64,000 bases of DNA from Spirochaetia bacterium (GTDB lineage: Bacteria > Spirochaetota > Spirochaetia > SP-2023), in assembly GCA_965225855.1 (NCBI GenBank), contig CBDDCK010000001.1:96001-160000 (forward strand), read 5' to 3'. Shown in pieces: positions 10,675 to 20,529 of the stretch (its first letter is position 1; every line of letters begins with the position of its first letter). The notes under the pieces are model-generated. The model was given only the letters and a program-made list of their open reading frames with translations. It did not search any database and was not told the origin of the DNA. The translations under genes and the position numbers were made by a program.

Positions 10675-12612
10675 TTATGCATCATTTCCGCTTTTAAGCG
10701 GCTCGTCATTATATTGCATTTTTGTCGGTAGTATTGAATTTTGTTGTGGCAGTTTGCTAAATAGCTGTTGTTTTTCCGTCTCCAAAGTTGTTTCTGGACT
10801 TTTGAGGGGCTTGGGATTTTTGCTATCATCTTCTTCCAGCCCAATTTGTGAATACTCTTCCACGTTTGTTTGTTCCATATTTGGGCCATCATTGGCATTT
10901 TTTGGGATATTTGCTGTGTTTGAGCTTTGCTTTATGCTTTCTAGGGAAGCGGATATTTGGCCAATTGAGCTGCGCATTTTTTCCAGTTGCCGTATTCGGC
11001 TGCGCTCTCGCTCAAGTTGTAATTCCGCTAGGCGAGTGGCAAAAATATTGTCTTTGGAATTTGGGGAAGTTAGAAGGCTTACGGTTTCACTATTGGAGGC
11101 GATTCCATTTATTTCTCTTCTGATTTGTTCAGACTTTTGTTGCTTGGGGGCTGGGTTTGTAATTATAGAGGTCGAGACTTGGTTTTCTGGCGTTTGTGTT
11201 TTTTGAGCTTTTGTTTGTACTTGCTTTAGTTGATTGAAATTTTCTTGCTCTTCAGGTTTTTCTCTGAGCTCTTCTTCTGTTATTGCTTCCAGAATTTCTT
11301 TAAGGGGGGGATTAGAGACTTGGTTTTCTGGATTTAGCGAGTCCTCTTGATTTTTGCTCCCATCGAAATTGAAATTAGAATTTTTCCCCTCCACCATAGG
11401 AATCGTCATGGGAATCACAATAGGTTGATTAGATTTGTATTCTGGCATAGGCTTTAGCTGGTCATTTTTGGGCGAAGGATTTTGATTTGATTTCAAGCTA
11501 GTATTTGGGGTTGGAGTTTGGAATATTTGAGCAACGGCCAATTGTTCTGTTGCCAATTTTATTTGCTCTGCTTGTTCTTTGTCCTTGAGAATTGCATTTT
11601 CAATTTTTTCTTCCTGTTGATCGGATATTATCGGTGCTTGTTGGGCATTCTGGTTGATTTCCTGTTTTTGTATTGGTGTTTGTTTTTCAGACAATGCCGA
11701 TGATGAAGGTACTCGCATTTCCTCTTCGATTTTATTAGGTTTTGGAAAATTTTCTTGAAAATTATGAGAACCCCTAAACTGATCTGGGTTTCCGTTAATC
11801 GTAGAATATTGCACAGAGTGCGTTGGAGTTGCATGTTTAGGTATTTGCTTGGCAGGTAGAACATTAGCCGAAGAAAGTATTTGGGAAGGTATTTGAGTTT
11901 GTTGTTCTAAAGCCCGATTTTGATGCATAAACAGCAATATATCATGGCCAATTTGTTCTAGTGTTGCCACGCGCTGGGCACTAGAATTTAAGAATAATTG
12001 TTGACCAATAATTGCTGGAATAGCAACAATTAAACCACCTGCAGTGGTTACCAACGCCTGGGAAATACCTTGGGCTAGCTGGGTATTTTGTTCAAGGGCC
12101 CCATTTTGAAAGGCATAAATCATTCCTGTAACGGTACCTAGCAAACCTAAAAGGGTTGATACATTGGCAATTAAGTGGAACAAACTGCAGTGTTTTTCGA
12201 GCCGCTGGCCTAATTCCTCAATACCAATTTCTAGCCACTGCTCCAGACGGTGGATTTGATTATCAGTGGGAGGTGCGATTATTTCAAACCAAGTTCTGGC
12301 CTCGCTAGCTTCAACTTGTGGCGTGTATAATGAAAAAGTATCATGCTTGATGAAGTAAAAGCTTTTTCGCAATAAAATTGCTTCAGGTCCGTACTCGGTT
12401 TCCAAAAGTAGGCCTAGTTCTTTGAGCTGGCCATCTTTGAGTAGCAAGCGTATTTGCTCTGGTAATTTGTGATTGTGCCATCGCCAACTTTTTAGTAATA
12501 GTAGTTTTTCTATTATCAAGCTAAGCGAACAGATAGAAAGCAGCAATAATAAAGCAAAAAAAGGCGCATTGAGAATCCAGAATTGGGGATTATCAGTGAG
12601 GGTAGGTATCAT
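10675..12612 (-). CDS. exbB: MotA/TolQ/ExbB proton channel protein with long C-terminal extension
   Basis: TLLGLLGTVTGMIYAF and LAQGISQALVTTAGGLIVAIPA motifs within the first ~230 aa. Confidence 0.85.
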   Translation of the reverse strand: MIPTLTDNPQFWILNAPFFALLLLLSICSLSLIIEKLLLLKSWRWHNHKLPEQIRLLLKDGQLKELGLLLETEYGPEAILLRKSFYFIKHDTFSLYTPQVEASEARTWFEIIAPPTDNQIHRLEQWLEIGIEELGQRLEKHCSLFHLIANVSTLLGLLGTVTGMIYAFQNGALEQNTQLAQGISQALVTTAGGLIVAIPAIIGQQLFLNSSAQRVATLEQIGHDILLFMHQNRALEQQTQIPSQILSSANVLPAKQIPKHATPTHSVQYSTINGNPDQFRGSHNFQENFPKPNKIEEEMRVPSSSALSEKQTPIQKQEINQNAQQAPIISDQQEEKIENAILKDKEQAEQIKLATEQLAVAQIFQTPTPNTSLKSNQNPSPKNDQLKPMPEYKSNQPIVIPMTIPMVEGKNSNFNFDGSKNQEDSLNPENQVSNPPLKEILEAITEEELREKPEEQENFNQLKQVQTKAQKTQTPENQVSTSIITNPAPKQQKSEQIRREINGIASNSETVSLLTSPNSKDNIFATRLAELQLERERSRIRQLEKMRSSIGQISASLESIKQSSNTANIPKNANDGPNMEQTNVEEYSQIGLEEDDSKNPKPLKSPETTLETEKQQLFSKLPQQNSILPTKMQYNDEPLKSGNDA

Positions 12613-12616
12613 TGAA

Positions 12617-13048
12617 TTATTGAGCAGGAATTGGAACTAGAGTTTCGTCCAATAAAATATTTGTCGTTGCGGGTAGAATACGCTTATTTGCATCGAGTAA
12701 GCGAGAAGCTTTGCCTTGCTGTTTTTGTTCATTCAGTATTTGGTTTGTTGCAGTAGGCCTTTGGGTTTGTTCATCAAGAAGACTTATATCGTACCAATCC
12801 AGCGAGCTATCACGCGTTTGGAGATACCGATTATTGCGATCGTAAAGCGGTAGATTCGGTAAACTAAGGCGATCGTTTTGTCTAACAGCACTGGGAGGTA
12901 GACTCACCTGAAAACTATAATTGAGGCTTGCGTTATTTTGGCTATCTTGAGCATCATTTGGTTGTAGGCTCCCTGCTAGAAGCAATAGTAAGCCTGCACT
13001 TGTAATGATGGTCCAACGAGACTTATGTGAAAAATATTTAGTTTGCAT
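12617..13048 (-). CDS. Hypothetical secreted protein
   Basis: 143-aa ORF with an N-terminal hydrophobic signal; ends 4 nt before the exbB start. Confidence 0.55.
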   Translation of the reverse strand: MQTKYFSHKSRWTIITSAGLLLLLAGSLQPNDAQDSQNNASLNYSFQVSLPPSAVRQNDRLSLPNLPLYDRNNRYLQTRDSSLDWYDISLLDEQTQRPTATNQILNEQKQQGKASRLLDANKRILPATTNILLDETLVPIPAQ

Positions 13049-13209
13049 GATTCTATTCTAGCAAGATATTTTGCCGGGGACAATTCAAAACAGCCGAGAA
13101 ATTTATAAGCTGCTACCTTGTATCATTATTTTATTTTCAGTATAGTATATACTCTTGAAATAACGGTATCTTGGCGGATTTTGCTGAGATATTTGTGGGG
13201 GTCCTAAAA

Positions 13210-13473
13210 ATGGATAAAGATACTAAAATAAAAATTATTACTGAATACGGTAAAAATGCCTTAGATACAGGTTCTGCTGAAGTCCAAATAGCCTTGTTGA
13301 CATACCGGATCAATGAGTTGCAAGAGCATTTTGCCCAACACAAAAAGGATCATGCCTCTCGCAGGGGACTACTAAAAATGGTTGGTGATCGGCGCCGTTT
13401 GCTGCGCTATTTAGAACGGAATAATTTAAAGAGCTACCGCGAATTACTCAAAAAACTCGGTTTGCGTCGCTAA
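13210..13473 (+). CDS. rpsO: 30S ribosomal protein S15
   Basis: [13 protein letters not shown]...[28 protein letters not shown] 13210 preferred over TTG 13171. Confidence 0.97.
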   Translation: MDKDTKIKIITEYGKNALDTGSAEVQIALLTYRINELQEHFAQHKKDHASRRGLLKMVGDRRRLLRYLERNNLKSYRELLKKLGLRR

Positions 13474-13551
13474 CACAATTTTTTTGAGTAGTATGAGTTT
13501 TCCCAATATATCAATTATATATATTGCGAAAGCTGTAACTCGGGATATTCA

Positions 13552-13832
13552 ATGACGATTCGCTTACCGGCTGTGGGTAAGCTGGCTAAAAAATATTTGA
13601 AAGTTCGCAATCTTTAGCCTCCCGATTTGAAGCATTGAAAACGTAAGGTGTATCGCATTTTACTTTTGTTGTGGGTGGTTCTGAAGGTCTAAGCCCAATA
13701 GTTTTAAAACGAGCAAATATGCAATTAGCATTTTCGCCATTGACCTTTCCACACCGGCTTTTTCGTTTAATTCTTTGCGAGCAAATTTATCGCTGCCTAA
13801 AAATTCATAGCGGACAAATTTACCAAAAATGA
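13552..13832 (+). pseudogene. rlmH: rlmH (23S rRNA m3Psi1915 methyltransferase) pseudogene
   Basis: Manual translation gives MTIRLPAVGKLAKKYLK, then a frame change with internal deletion, then SQSLASRFEALKT*GVSHFTFVVGGSEGLSPIVLKRANMQLAFSPLTFPHRLFRLILCEQIYRCLKIHSGQIYQK*. These match the RlmH N- and C-terminal motifs. Confidence 0.85.
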
Positions 13833-13998
13833 AAATTGTTTAATACTATTTTTATCCTTAAGACAGATAATGAGATAATAAAAAAAGTTTTCTTTATTTT
13901 TAGATTATGCTATAGTCTGCGATTCACTAAAGTACATACTTGAAAATGAGTGAATGATTTTTATAAATTCAAAATATTTGGTTAGGAAGTCATAATTT

Positions 13999-15162
13999 AT
14001 GACAAATAAATATATTTTTACATCGGAATCGGTGAGCGAAGGACACCCGGATAAAGTTGCCGATCAAATTTCTGATGCAATTTTAGATGCGTCTTTGGCT
14101 AGTGATGCTGACAGTCGTGTTGCCTGCGAAACATATACGACTACAGGTATGGTTCTCGTTGGTGGAGAAATTACTACGAATACTTATGTTGATATTCAAA
14201 GTTTGGCGCGCAAAGTGGTAAAGGATATTGGCTACACTAAGTCGGAATACGGTTTAGACTGGGAGTCGATGGCGGTTATCAATGTGATTCATTCTCAATC
14301 ACCGGATATAGCCCAAGGTGTTTCTGGTAGTAGCGGGCTCTATGATGGTAAGCAAGGAGCAGGCGACCAAGGTATGATGTTTGGTTATGCTTGTCGTGAA
14401 ACACCAGAATTAATGCCTGCGCCAATTCTTTATTCCCATAAGTTACTACAAAAAGCCGCAGAGCTACGTAAAAATGGTCAGTTATCTTGGCTGCGTCCAG
14501 ATGCCAAAAGCCAAGTGTCCTTGGAATATGAAAATGGAAAACCTATACGTGTTGATTCTGTCGTAATGTCGCATCAACACGATGAAGAAATTGAGCACGA
14601 TCAAATTTCTAAAGTTTTAAAAAAAGAAGTGATTAGAGCCGTTTTGGGGCCAAGTGGTTTGTTAGATGATCAAACGAAATTCTATATCAATCCTACAGGG
14701 CGTTTTGTGATTGGTGGGCCTCATGGTGATGCTGGGTTGACTGGGCGCAAAATTATTGTTGATACATATGGTGGTATGGGGAGGCATGGCGGCGGTGCTT
14801 TTTCCGGAAAAGACCCTTCTAAAGTTGATCGGTCTGCGGCTTATATGGCTCGTTATATTGCCAAGCATGTTGTTGCTGCTGAACTGGCCGATCGTTGTGA
14901 AGTTGAGCTATCTTATGCGATTGGTGTACCTTTTCCAATTTCGGTAACGGTTACTACATTTGATACTGGCAAAGCTTCGGAAGAGCGCATTAGTGGTGCA
15001 CTGCAAAAAGTGTTTGATTTGAGCCCTGGGGGCATTATTCGTACACTGAATTTGAAACGCCCTATTTATGGACTGACTTCTAGTTATGGGCATTTTGGTC
15101 GCGATGAATTTCCATGGGAAAAAATAGATAAAATTGCTGAATTGCAAAAAGCCGTTGGTTAA
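13999..15162 (+). CDS. metK: S-adenosylmethionine synthetase
   Basis: [35 protein letters not shown] motifs. Confidence 0.98.
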   Translation: MTNKYIFTSESVSEGHPDKVADQISDAILDASLASDADSRVACETYTTTGMVLVGGEITTNTYVDIQSLARKVVKDIGYTKSEYGLDWESMAVINVIHSQSPDIAQGVSGSSGLYDGKQGAGDQGMMFGYACRETPELMPAPILYSHKLLQKAAELRKNGQLSWLRPDAKSQVSLEYENGKPIRVDSVVMSHQHDEEIEHDQISKVLKKEVIRAVLGPSGLLDDQTKFYINPTGRFVIGGPHGDAGLTGRKIIVDTYGGMGRHGGGAFSGKDPSKVDRSAAYMARYIAKHVVAAELADRCEVELSYAIGVPFPISVTVTTFDTGKASEERISGALQKVFDLSPGGIIRTLNLKRPIYGLTSSYGHFGRDEFPWEKIDKIAELQKAVG

Positions 15163-15221
15163 GTAGGGCTAAACTTTTTGTTTTCGTGGAATTGGTAATT
15201 TAATTATATCTGTGAGGAAAT

Positions 15222-15953
15222 ATGTCAGGTCATAGTAAATGGTCTACTATCAAACACAAAAAAGGTGCAGTCGATGCTAAGCGTGGTAAACTGTTTACAA
15301 AACTGATTAAGGAAATTACCGTTGCAGCACGCATTGGGGGAGGCGATGCCGAAAGTAATCCACGGTTGCGTGCTGCTTTAATTAAAGCACGCAGTTCTAA
15401 TATGCCAAAAGACAATATTGACCGGGCGATAAAAAAAGGCTCTGGTGAATTGGAAGGTGAAGAATATTTAGAATTGCAATATGAAGCTTATGCCCCGGGC
15501 GGTGTTGGACTTTTGATAGAAGCTTTGACCGAGAGTAAAAACCGTACTGCTGCGGATATACGTTCAATCTTAAATAAAGGGAATGGTTCTTTGACAACGG
15601 CTGGAGCTGTGTCTTTTCAATTTCATCGCAAGGGTGTTATTGCTTTTGATGTGGAACAAATTGATTTTGAACAGTTGTTTGAAATAGCGTTGGAATCTGG
15701 GGCTGAAGATGTTCTTGATTCTGGTGAAGTCCATACAGCGACTTTTGATTTTGAAAATGTTTTGAAAGCTCTGGAAGAAAAAGGGTTTTCCCATCTTTTT
15801 GCTGAAATTCAATGGGTAGCCGAAAACTGCTTGACATTAGGTACGGAAGAAACCAAAAAAGTTTTAAATTTAATTGAGCATTTAGAAGACTGCGATGACG
15901 TTCAGAGTGTCGCTAGCAATCTCTATATTCCTAGCGAATTTAATTTTAATTGA
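15222..15953 (+). CDS. yebC: YebC/PmpR family protein
   Basis: MSGHSKWSTIKHKKG...NPRLR...MPKDNIDRAIKK signature. Confidence 0.95.
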   Translation: MSGHSKWSTIKHKKGAVDAKRGKLFTKLIKEITVAARIGGGDAESNPRLRAALIKARSSNMPKDNIDRAIKKGSGELEGEEYLELQYEAYAPGGVGLLIEALTESKNRTAADIRSILNKGNGSLTTAGAVSFQFHRKGVIAFDVEQIDFEQLFEIALESGAEDVLDSGEVHTATFDFENVLKALEEKGFSHLFAEIQWVAENCLTLGTEETKKVLNLIEHLEDCDDVQSVASNLYIPSEFNFN

Positions 15954-15971
15954 TTTTGCTTTGATTTTCTT

Positions 15972-16301
15972 TTAAGAGAGAAGCTCTTCGATTTCTTTTT
16001 GGGCGGCTGTTTTTTCTTGTACACCCGTTTTCTTTATCGCTTTGCGAACAATAGAATCCAGTTTTTTGGCGGGAAAAGCAGATTTTATTTCTTCAATCAG
16101 TTCTAATATTTCAATGCTATGACTGATATTATAAATCTTTAACTCATCGTGAAAAAACAAAGATTCTAGCTGATCGATATACTCCCCCACACTGCGGGAA
16201 GGGCCTCCCATTTCTTTTGAAGTTTTCCGTTCTAAAACTTCTTCTTTTTTTCTGGCTTTTTTTACTTCGCGATCGCGCTTTTCGAGCTCTGTTCTTCTCA
16301 T
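15972..16301 (-). CDS. Hypothetical basic protein
   Basis: 109-aa ORF with a strong AGGAGG RBS upstream. Confidence 0.7.
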   Translation of the reverse strand: MRRTELEKRDREVKKARKKEEVLERKTSKEMGGPSRSVGEYIDQLESLFFHDELKIYNISHSIEILELIEEIKSAFPAKKLDSIVRKAIKKTGVQEKTAAQKEIEELLS

Positions 16302-16343
16302 TATTTACCTCCTAAATCCTGTCTGCTCAAAAGTATAAAATTT

Positions 16344-17570
16344 TTATTTATCTTTGTAATGCTCTTGAATTTGCTCAATGATAGGATAAATTTCAAAAAA
16401 TATATCGACAACTTCAGGGTCAAATTTTGTACTGGAGCAGTTTTTGATCTCTGTTATCACATCTTCTTTGGACCATGAATTTTTATATACTCGTGCAGAA
16501 GAAAGCGCATCAAAAACATCGCATAATGATACAATTCGGGCTTCGAGCGGGATTTCTTCTTTTTTCAATCCTTTGTTTTTCCCGTTTTTATCTAGGGCTA
16601 ATGGTCTCCAAGTATTCTCATCTACCCAACCTGGGTAGCCTGTTCCGTCCCAATTTTCATGATGGCGCAAGACAATATCCCTTGCCACAATATCTAATCG
16701 AGATTCTTTATTGCGGAATAATTCTGCTCCTATAATCGTGTGGGCTTGCATCACACGGAATTCTTCAACGGTAAAACGGGCAGGTTTTTTGAGGATAGTG
16801 TCTGAAACACCCACTTTTCCCACATCGTGCAACATTGCTGCCATGCGCAAATTATCACAATTATGCAGTATATCATCTAAACTGAAATCTCTGTGTCTGG
16901 CCCAAACCTTATAGATTTCTACGGCAAATGTCGCCACACGGTTTACGTGAGGCCCCGTCTCCTTTGGGTCGCGCAAACTGGCCATGTTAATCATTCGCAT
17001 TAACATAGCACGAGTCATTTTGGCACGCTGTAAGGCTATTGTTGCTACCGCTGCATAGTGGCTCAAAAACGATTCATCATTTTTATGGAACGCAATGGTC
17101 TCCTGCGTTTTCTCATCTTTGGCATTGATCAATTGCAATACACCCAAAATTTCATTCTGGTTGGTTATTAGCGGGAAGCAAATACTGGATTTTGTGTAGT
17201 AGCCTGTATCTTTGTCAAAACGGCTGCTAAAACTATAGGGAGCATTAGCGGGGATATTGTACATATCTTGAATATTTACTATTACCCCTCTGTTGGCTAC
17301 ATAGCCAGAAATCGTTTTGTCATTGATTTCTAACGATATATTTAAATATTTGGGCCGTTGGTTTTCTGATTGATTTTTGTCTAGTGTCTCATTTTGCGCA
17401 CTACGAATCACAAGCGAACTATCTTTTACTGTATAAATAGAACCAGCATCGGCATTTACTGCTTTTCTGGCTTCATATAGGACCTGATCAAGCAGAAACT
17501 CTATGTCTTGCGTCCTATTTAATTTTTGATCAATTTCCAAAATCAGCTTTAATTTTTTATCTGCAGTCAT
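16344..17570 (-). CDS. GAF + HD-GYP domain protein (putative c-di-GMP phosphodiesterase)
   Basis: N-terminal GAF (ADAGSIY...GVLQLIN); HDVGK, HHENWDGTGYP, CDVFDAL, KFDP motifs. Confidence 0.9.
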   Translation of the reverse strand: MTADKKLKLILEIDQKLNRTQDIEFLLDQVLYEARKAVNADAGSIYTVKDSSLVIRSAQNETLDKNQSENQRPKYLNISLEINDKTISGYVANRGVIVNIQDMYNIPANAPYSFSSRFDKDTGYYTKSSICFPLITNQNEILGVLQLINAKDEKTQETIAFHKNDESFLSHYAAVATIALQRAKMTRAMLMRMINMASLRDPKETGPHVNRVATFAVEIYKVWARHRDFSLDDILHNCDNLRMAAMLHDVGKVGVSDTILKKPARFTVEEFRVMQAHTIIGAELFRNKESRLDIVARDIVLRHHENWDGTGYPGWVDENTWRPLALDKNGKNKGLKKEEIPLEARIVSLCDVFDALSSARVYKNSWSKEDVITEIKNCSSTKFDPEVVDIFFEIYPIIEQIQEHYKDK

Positions 17571-17747
17571 TTTTTACAATTCCTTATTTTAAAATAACAG
17601 TTATATTAGCAAATTATGAAAATGCTGGGTAAATTTTATTAAAAAAATCAAATATTTTCAAGAGAGCATGATATTGAGTTAGCAGACAAAATCAATAAAA
17701 AACGGTAGAATCGATTCTACAAAATTTGTACAGAAGGAAATTTTTGA

Positions 17748-18377
17748 ATGAAGATAATGCTTTTAGGTACGCCTGGTTCTGGTAAGGGAACTTTGGCACA
17801 AAGCCTTAGTATCAAAATTGGTATTCCCCATATTTCTACTGGTGATATATTTCGCATTGCTATTCGGAATGAAACGCAGCTAGGGCTGGAAGTGAAAGCG
17901 ATACTAGCTAATGGAGGATTAGTTCCCGATGAATTGACTTGTAATATAGTTTTTGAACGTTTGGCAAATTTGGAGACTCAAGGTTTTATTTTAGATGGTT
18001 TTCCGCGAACAATACCTCAAGCGCAAGCGTTTGATCAAAAAATAGCATTAGATGCCGTTGTTCTTTTGGAATTAGATGAAGCAAGTAATATTAAGCGTTT
18101 GACCGAGCGTATGATTTGTCCCGGTTGTGGGGAAGTTTACCATTTGGAATTTCGTCCGCCCAAAGTAAAAGGTGCCTGCGATAAATGTGATGCGATACCG
18201 GCTCAGCGGCCAGATGACCATATTGATGTGGTATATAAACGCTTGGCAGAATATCATAGCCAAACAGAACCTTTGATCGAACATTATCATGCTAAGCAGA
18301 AAATTACTCGGTTTAATGCCCTGCAAAATCCGGAAGTTTTACTCTGTGAAGTGCAAAGTTTTTTGCAGAAACGATAA
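17748..18377 (+). CDS. adk: Adenylate kinase (zinc LID type)
   Basis: GTPGSGKGT, HISTGDIFR, LDGFPRT motifs and a CxxC...CxxC LID. Confidence 0.96.
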   Translation: MKIMLLGTPGSGKGTLAQSLSIKIGIPHISTGDIFRIAIRNETQLGLEVKAILANGGLVPDELTCNIVFERLANLETQGFILDGFPRTIPQAQAFDQKIALDAVVLLELDEASNIKRLTERMICPGCGEVYHLEFRPPKVKGACDKCDAIPAQRPDDHIDVVYKRLAEYHSQTEPLIEHYHAKQKITRFNALQNPEVLLCEVQSFLQKR

Positions 18378-18408
18378 ATTTATTAGTTTAAGCCATTAAT
18401 AAATTTAT

Positions 18409-20010
18409 ATGAGGGGAAACTTGTCCAATACGGCTAGTGATAAGCTACTGCGGCAGGATTTACAAACACAACTCAATGCTTGCCTAATTCGCTTGGAACA
18501 TGATATTAGTCAGCGGCTGGGGCAGTGTACTCTACAGAGATTGGAACATAATGGTTTGGATTTGTTGCGTAGTGGCAAAGATCTACTGCTTGAGTTCGTA
18601 AATCAGGTTCATTTAGCCTTTCGCTTTGAAGAAGAAAGTTACTCGCTTGAGTTTCAATGGCAAGCCCATGACTATCGCAATGCTGACCGTCCGAGCTACG
18701 TTCGAGATGGTTATATTTATTTGCACTTATCAGAACGCAATATTCTCCGGCGCTTCCTGCGGCAAAAAACTTGCTATAAAGCTATGTTGGAGTTGTTGGC
18801 AGACCATATTGTCCGCTATATAGAGAAGGTCTATTATCGGATAGAGCAACACTGGCAAGAGTTTCAGAGCCATTTTATGGTGTTGGCAGAGCACTCTGAA
18901 GATATAATAGAGAGCTATGGGCCAGTTGAAGAAGCCTACAATGTTTCTCTTGATACCGGGCGTATAGAAAACCCTTCAATGGTTGAGAGTCCAGAGAATA
19001 CCGCCAGCCAAATTGCCCAGCGGCACCGTCGTATTAAACAGTTGCAGACAATTGCTAGGAACTTCTGGCAGGATAACTTTGCCTACGCTTTGGCTTTATT
19101 GCGCCTCGATTTGCCCAATTGGGAGAATAAGGCGCAAAGGTCAAGATTAGATATCTCAGATAATCAAGGGGCCAAGGAACCGACTATTGTTTTTAAGCCT
19201 TGTTATATAACGCTTTTAAAAGAACTGGAGCTGCGTTGTAATTTAGTCTCACAACGCCAAGATTTGTTTGAGCGTTTGCGCAAGATTTTGGAACAGAGTT
19301 TTCATGATTTTCCGCTGGAGACTGCCCATAATAGCCATAGCGAAGTGCGATATGCTGAATATTTGGGCGAGGATATTCGTCCTGATGAGTGGCTCGAACT
19401 CCATTTGTGGAATGCTACGGATATATGGTTACAGCAGTGGGCTAATTTGAATGAACAATCATTGATTGGTTTATCGCAGCAGGTGCGTGATTTTTTTAGT
19501 CGGGTGGAAAAGATTACTCGTTTCCAGTGGTTTGGCAATGGCGTTGCTATGGCTGTTGGGGGTGTTAGTCGTTTGGTGTCCAGAAGCTTTGCTAAGGCAG
19601 GCAAGAAGCAGAGTTTAGCTGCCATATTCAGTGGAAAAGAGCTAACGGAACAACAAGGTAATATTGCGATTGCCGAGCTGCTACAGCAATCTGTGGATAG
19701 CTTGAACCCGCTCAATCAATTTGGCCCTAATCGGGGCTATGAACTCCGCCTATTATTGGAGTTATTGCACAGGGCTGAACTGGCTTTGCACTATCAACGA
19801 AAGCTTAGTGCAAAGCATTATGCCCTACTCAATCGTTTACCTCGGCTGCGCCGAGAGCTGTTGCGGTTTTGCCAAAAGCCATCTTATAGCCAATCTGGCA
19901 TACAAATCACCGCTTTTTATCGCACTGTCTCCAAACGGAGCGAAACATTCTTGCGTGTAGAGAAGATTTTAAAAGACTTTTGTAGCAATTATAGTTTGCA
20001 GAAACTGTAA
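18409..20010 (+). CDS. Hypothetical protein, 533 aa
   Basis: Long open frame directly downstream of adk; no family recognised. Confidence 0.7.
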   Translation: MRGNLSNTASDKLLRQDLQTQLNACLIRLEHDISQRLGQCTLQRLEHNGLDLLRSGKDLLLEFVNQVHLAFRFEEESYSLEFQWQAHDYRNADRPSYVRDGYIYLHLSERNILRRFLRQKTCYKAMLELLADHIVRYIEKVYYRIEQHWQEFQSHFMVLAEHSEDIIESYGPVEEAYNVSLDTGRIENPSMVESPENTASQIAQRHRRIKQLQTIARNFWQDNFAYALALLRLDLPNWENKAQRSRLDISDNQGAKEPTIVFKPCYITLLKELELRCNLVSQRQDLFERLRKILEQSFHDFPLETAHNSHSEVRYAEYLGEDIRPDEWLELHLWNATDIWLQQWANLNEQSLIGLSQQVRDFFSRVEKITRFQWFGNGVAMAVGGVSRLVSRSFAKAGKKQSLAAIFSGKELTEQQGNIAIAELLQQSVDSLNPLNQFGPNRGYELRLLLELLHRAELALHYQRKLSAKHYALLNRLPRLRRELLRFCQKPSYSQSGIQITAFYRTVSKRSETFLRVEKILKDFCSNYSLQKL

Positions 20011-20059
20011 GCTATGGGTATGGAAATATAGGGTTTACAAATTTGAACAAGGTCCAACT

Positions 20060-20137
20060 TTGTTGTTGCAGCTTTTACACTCATTCTTTAGTCAATCCAG
20101 TAAACTGTGCAGCTTGATCTGTGCTAAGACCAAGCGC
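20060..20137 (-). pseudogene. Remnant resembling the C-terminal HTH tail of Rpn/PD-(D/E)XK transposase-like proteins
   Basis: Minus-strand translation ALGLSTDQAAQFTGLTKE*V*KLQQQ, with two in-frame stops. Confidence 0.35.
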
Positions 20138-20223
20138 CCACCGAACGAATGGGAATCTCCAAACAAAGCCCAACCGAAATAACTATTTGGGATTGATTGC
20201 CTTACCTTACTGACTATTTATTG

Positions 20224-20270
20224 TATGGCTAGCAATCCACTACCCACTTGGTAGTGGATTGCTAGCCATA
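20224..20270. repeat. Perfect 21-bp inverted repeat with 5-nt loop
   Basis: TATGGCTAGCAATCCACTACC-cactt-GGTAGTGGATTGCTAGCCATA. Confidence 0.95.
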
Positions 20271-20459
20271 GTACCCACCAAAAAGGCAAGCAAGGCTTGG
20301 CCAAAGTTTATCTTGTTACAAAAAATTCTTGTTAGTTATTAAGAAATTCTCTTGTTAGGCATTAAGAGACTCTCTTAATGGTTATGGCAACCTTTGGTAA
20401 ATTCTTATTGACATTGGCTTGCTTATTTTTATGGTTTTTAGTGCCTTGCTATGATATAG

Positions 20460-20499
20460 CTTTCCGCCTTGGATCAAGGCCTTGATCTAAGGCGGAAAG
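20460..20499. repeat. 40-bp near-perfect palindrome
   Basis: CTTTCCGCCTTGGATCAAGG|CCTTGATCTAAGGCGGAAAG, with one G-T mismatch. Confidence 0.93.
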
Positions 20500-20529
20500 A
20501 TGTATTGCACCAATGCGGAACAATACTTT

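Noticed and set aside
13474..13998. SAM riboswitch upstream of metK
   Set aside because: No SAM-I core motifs found; the region is explained by the rlmH pseudogene and an AT-rich promoter.
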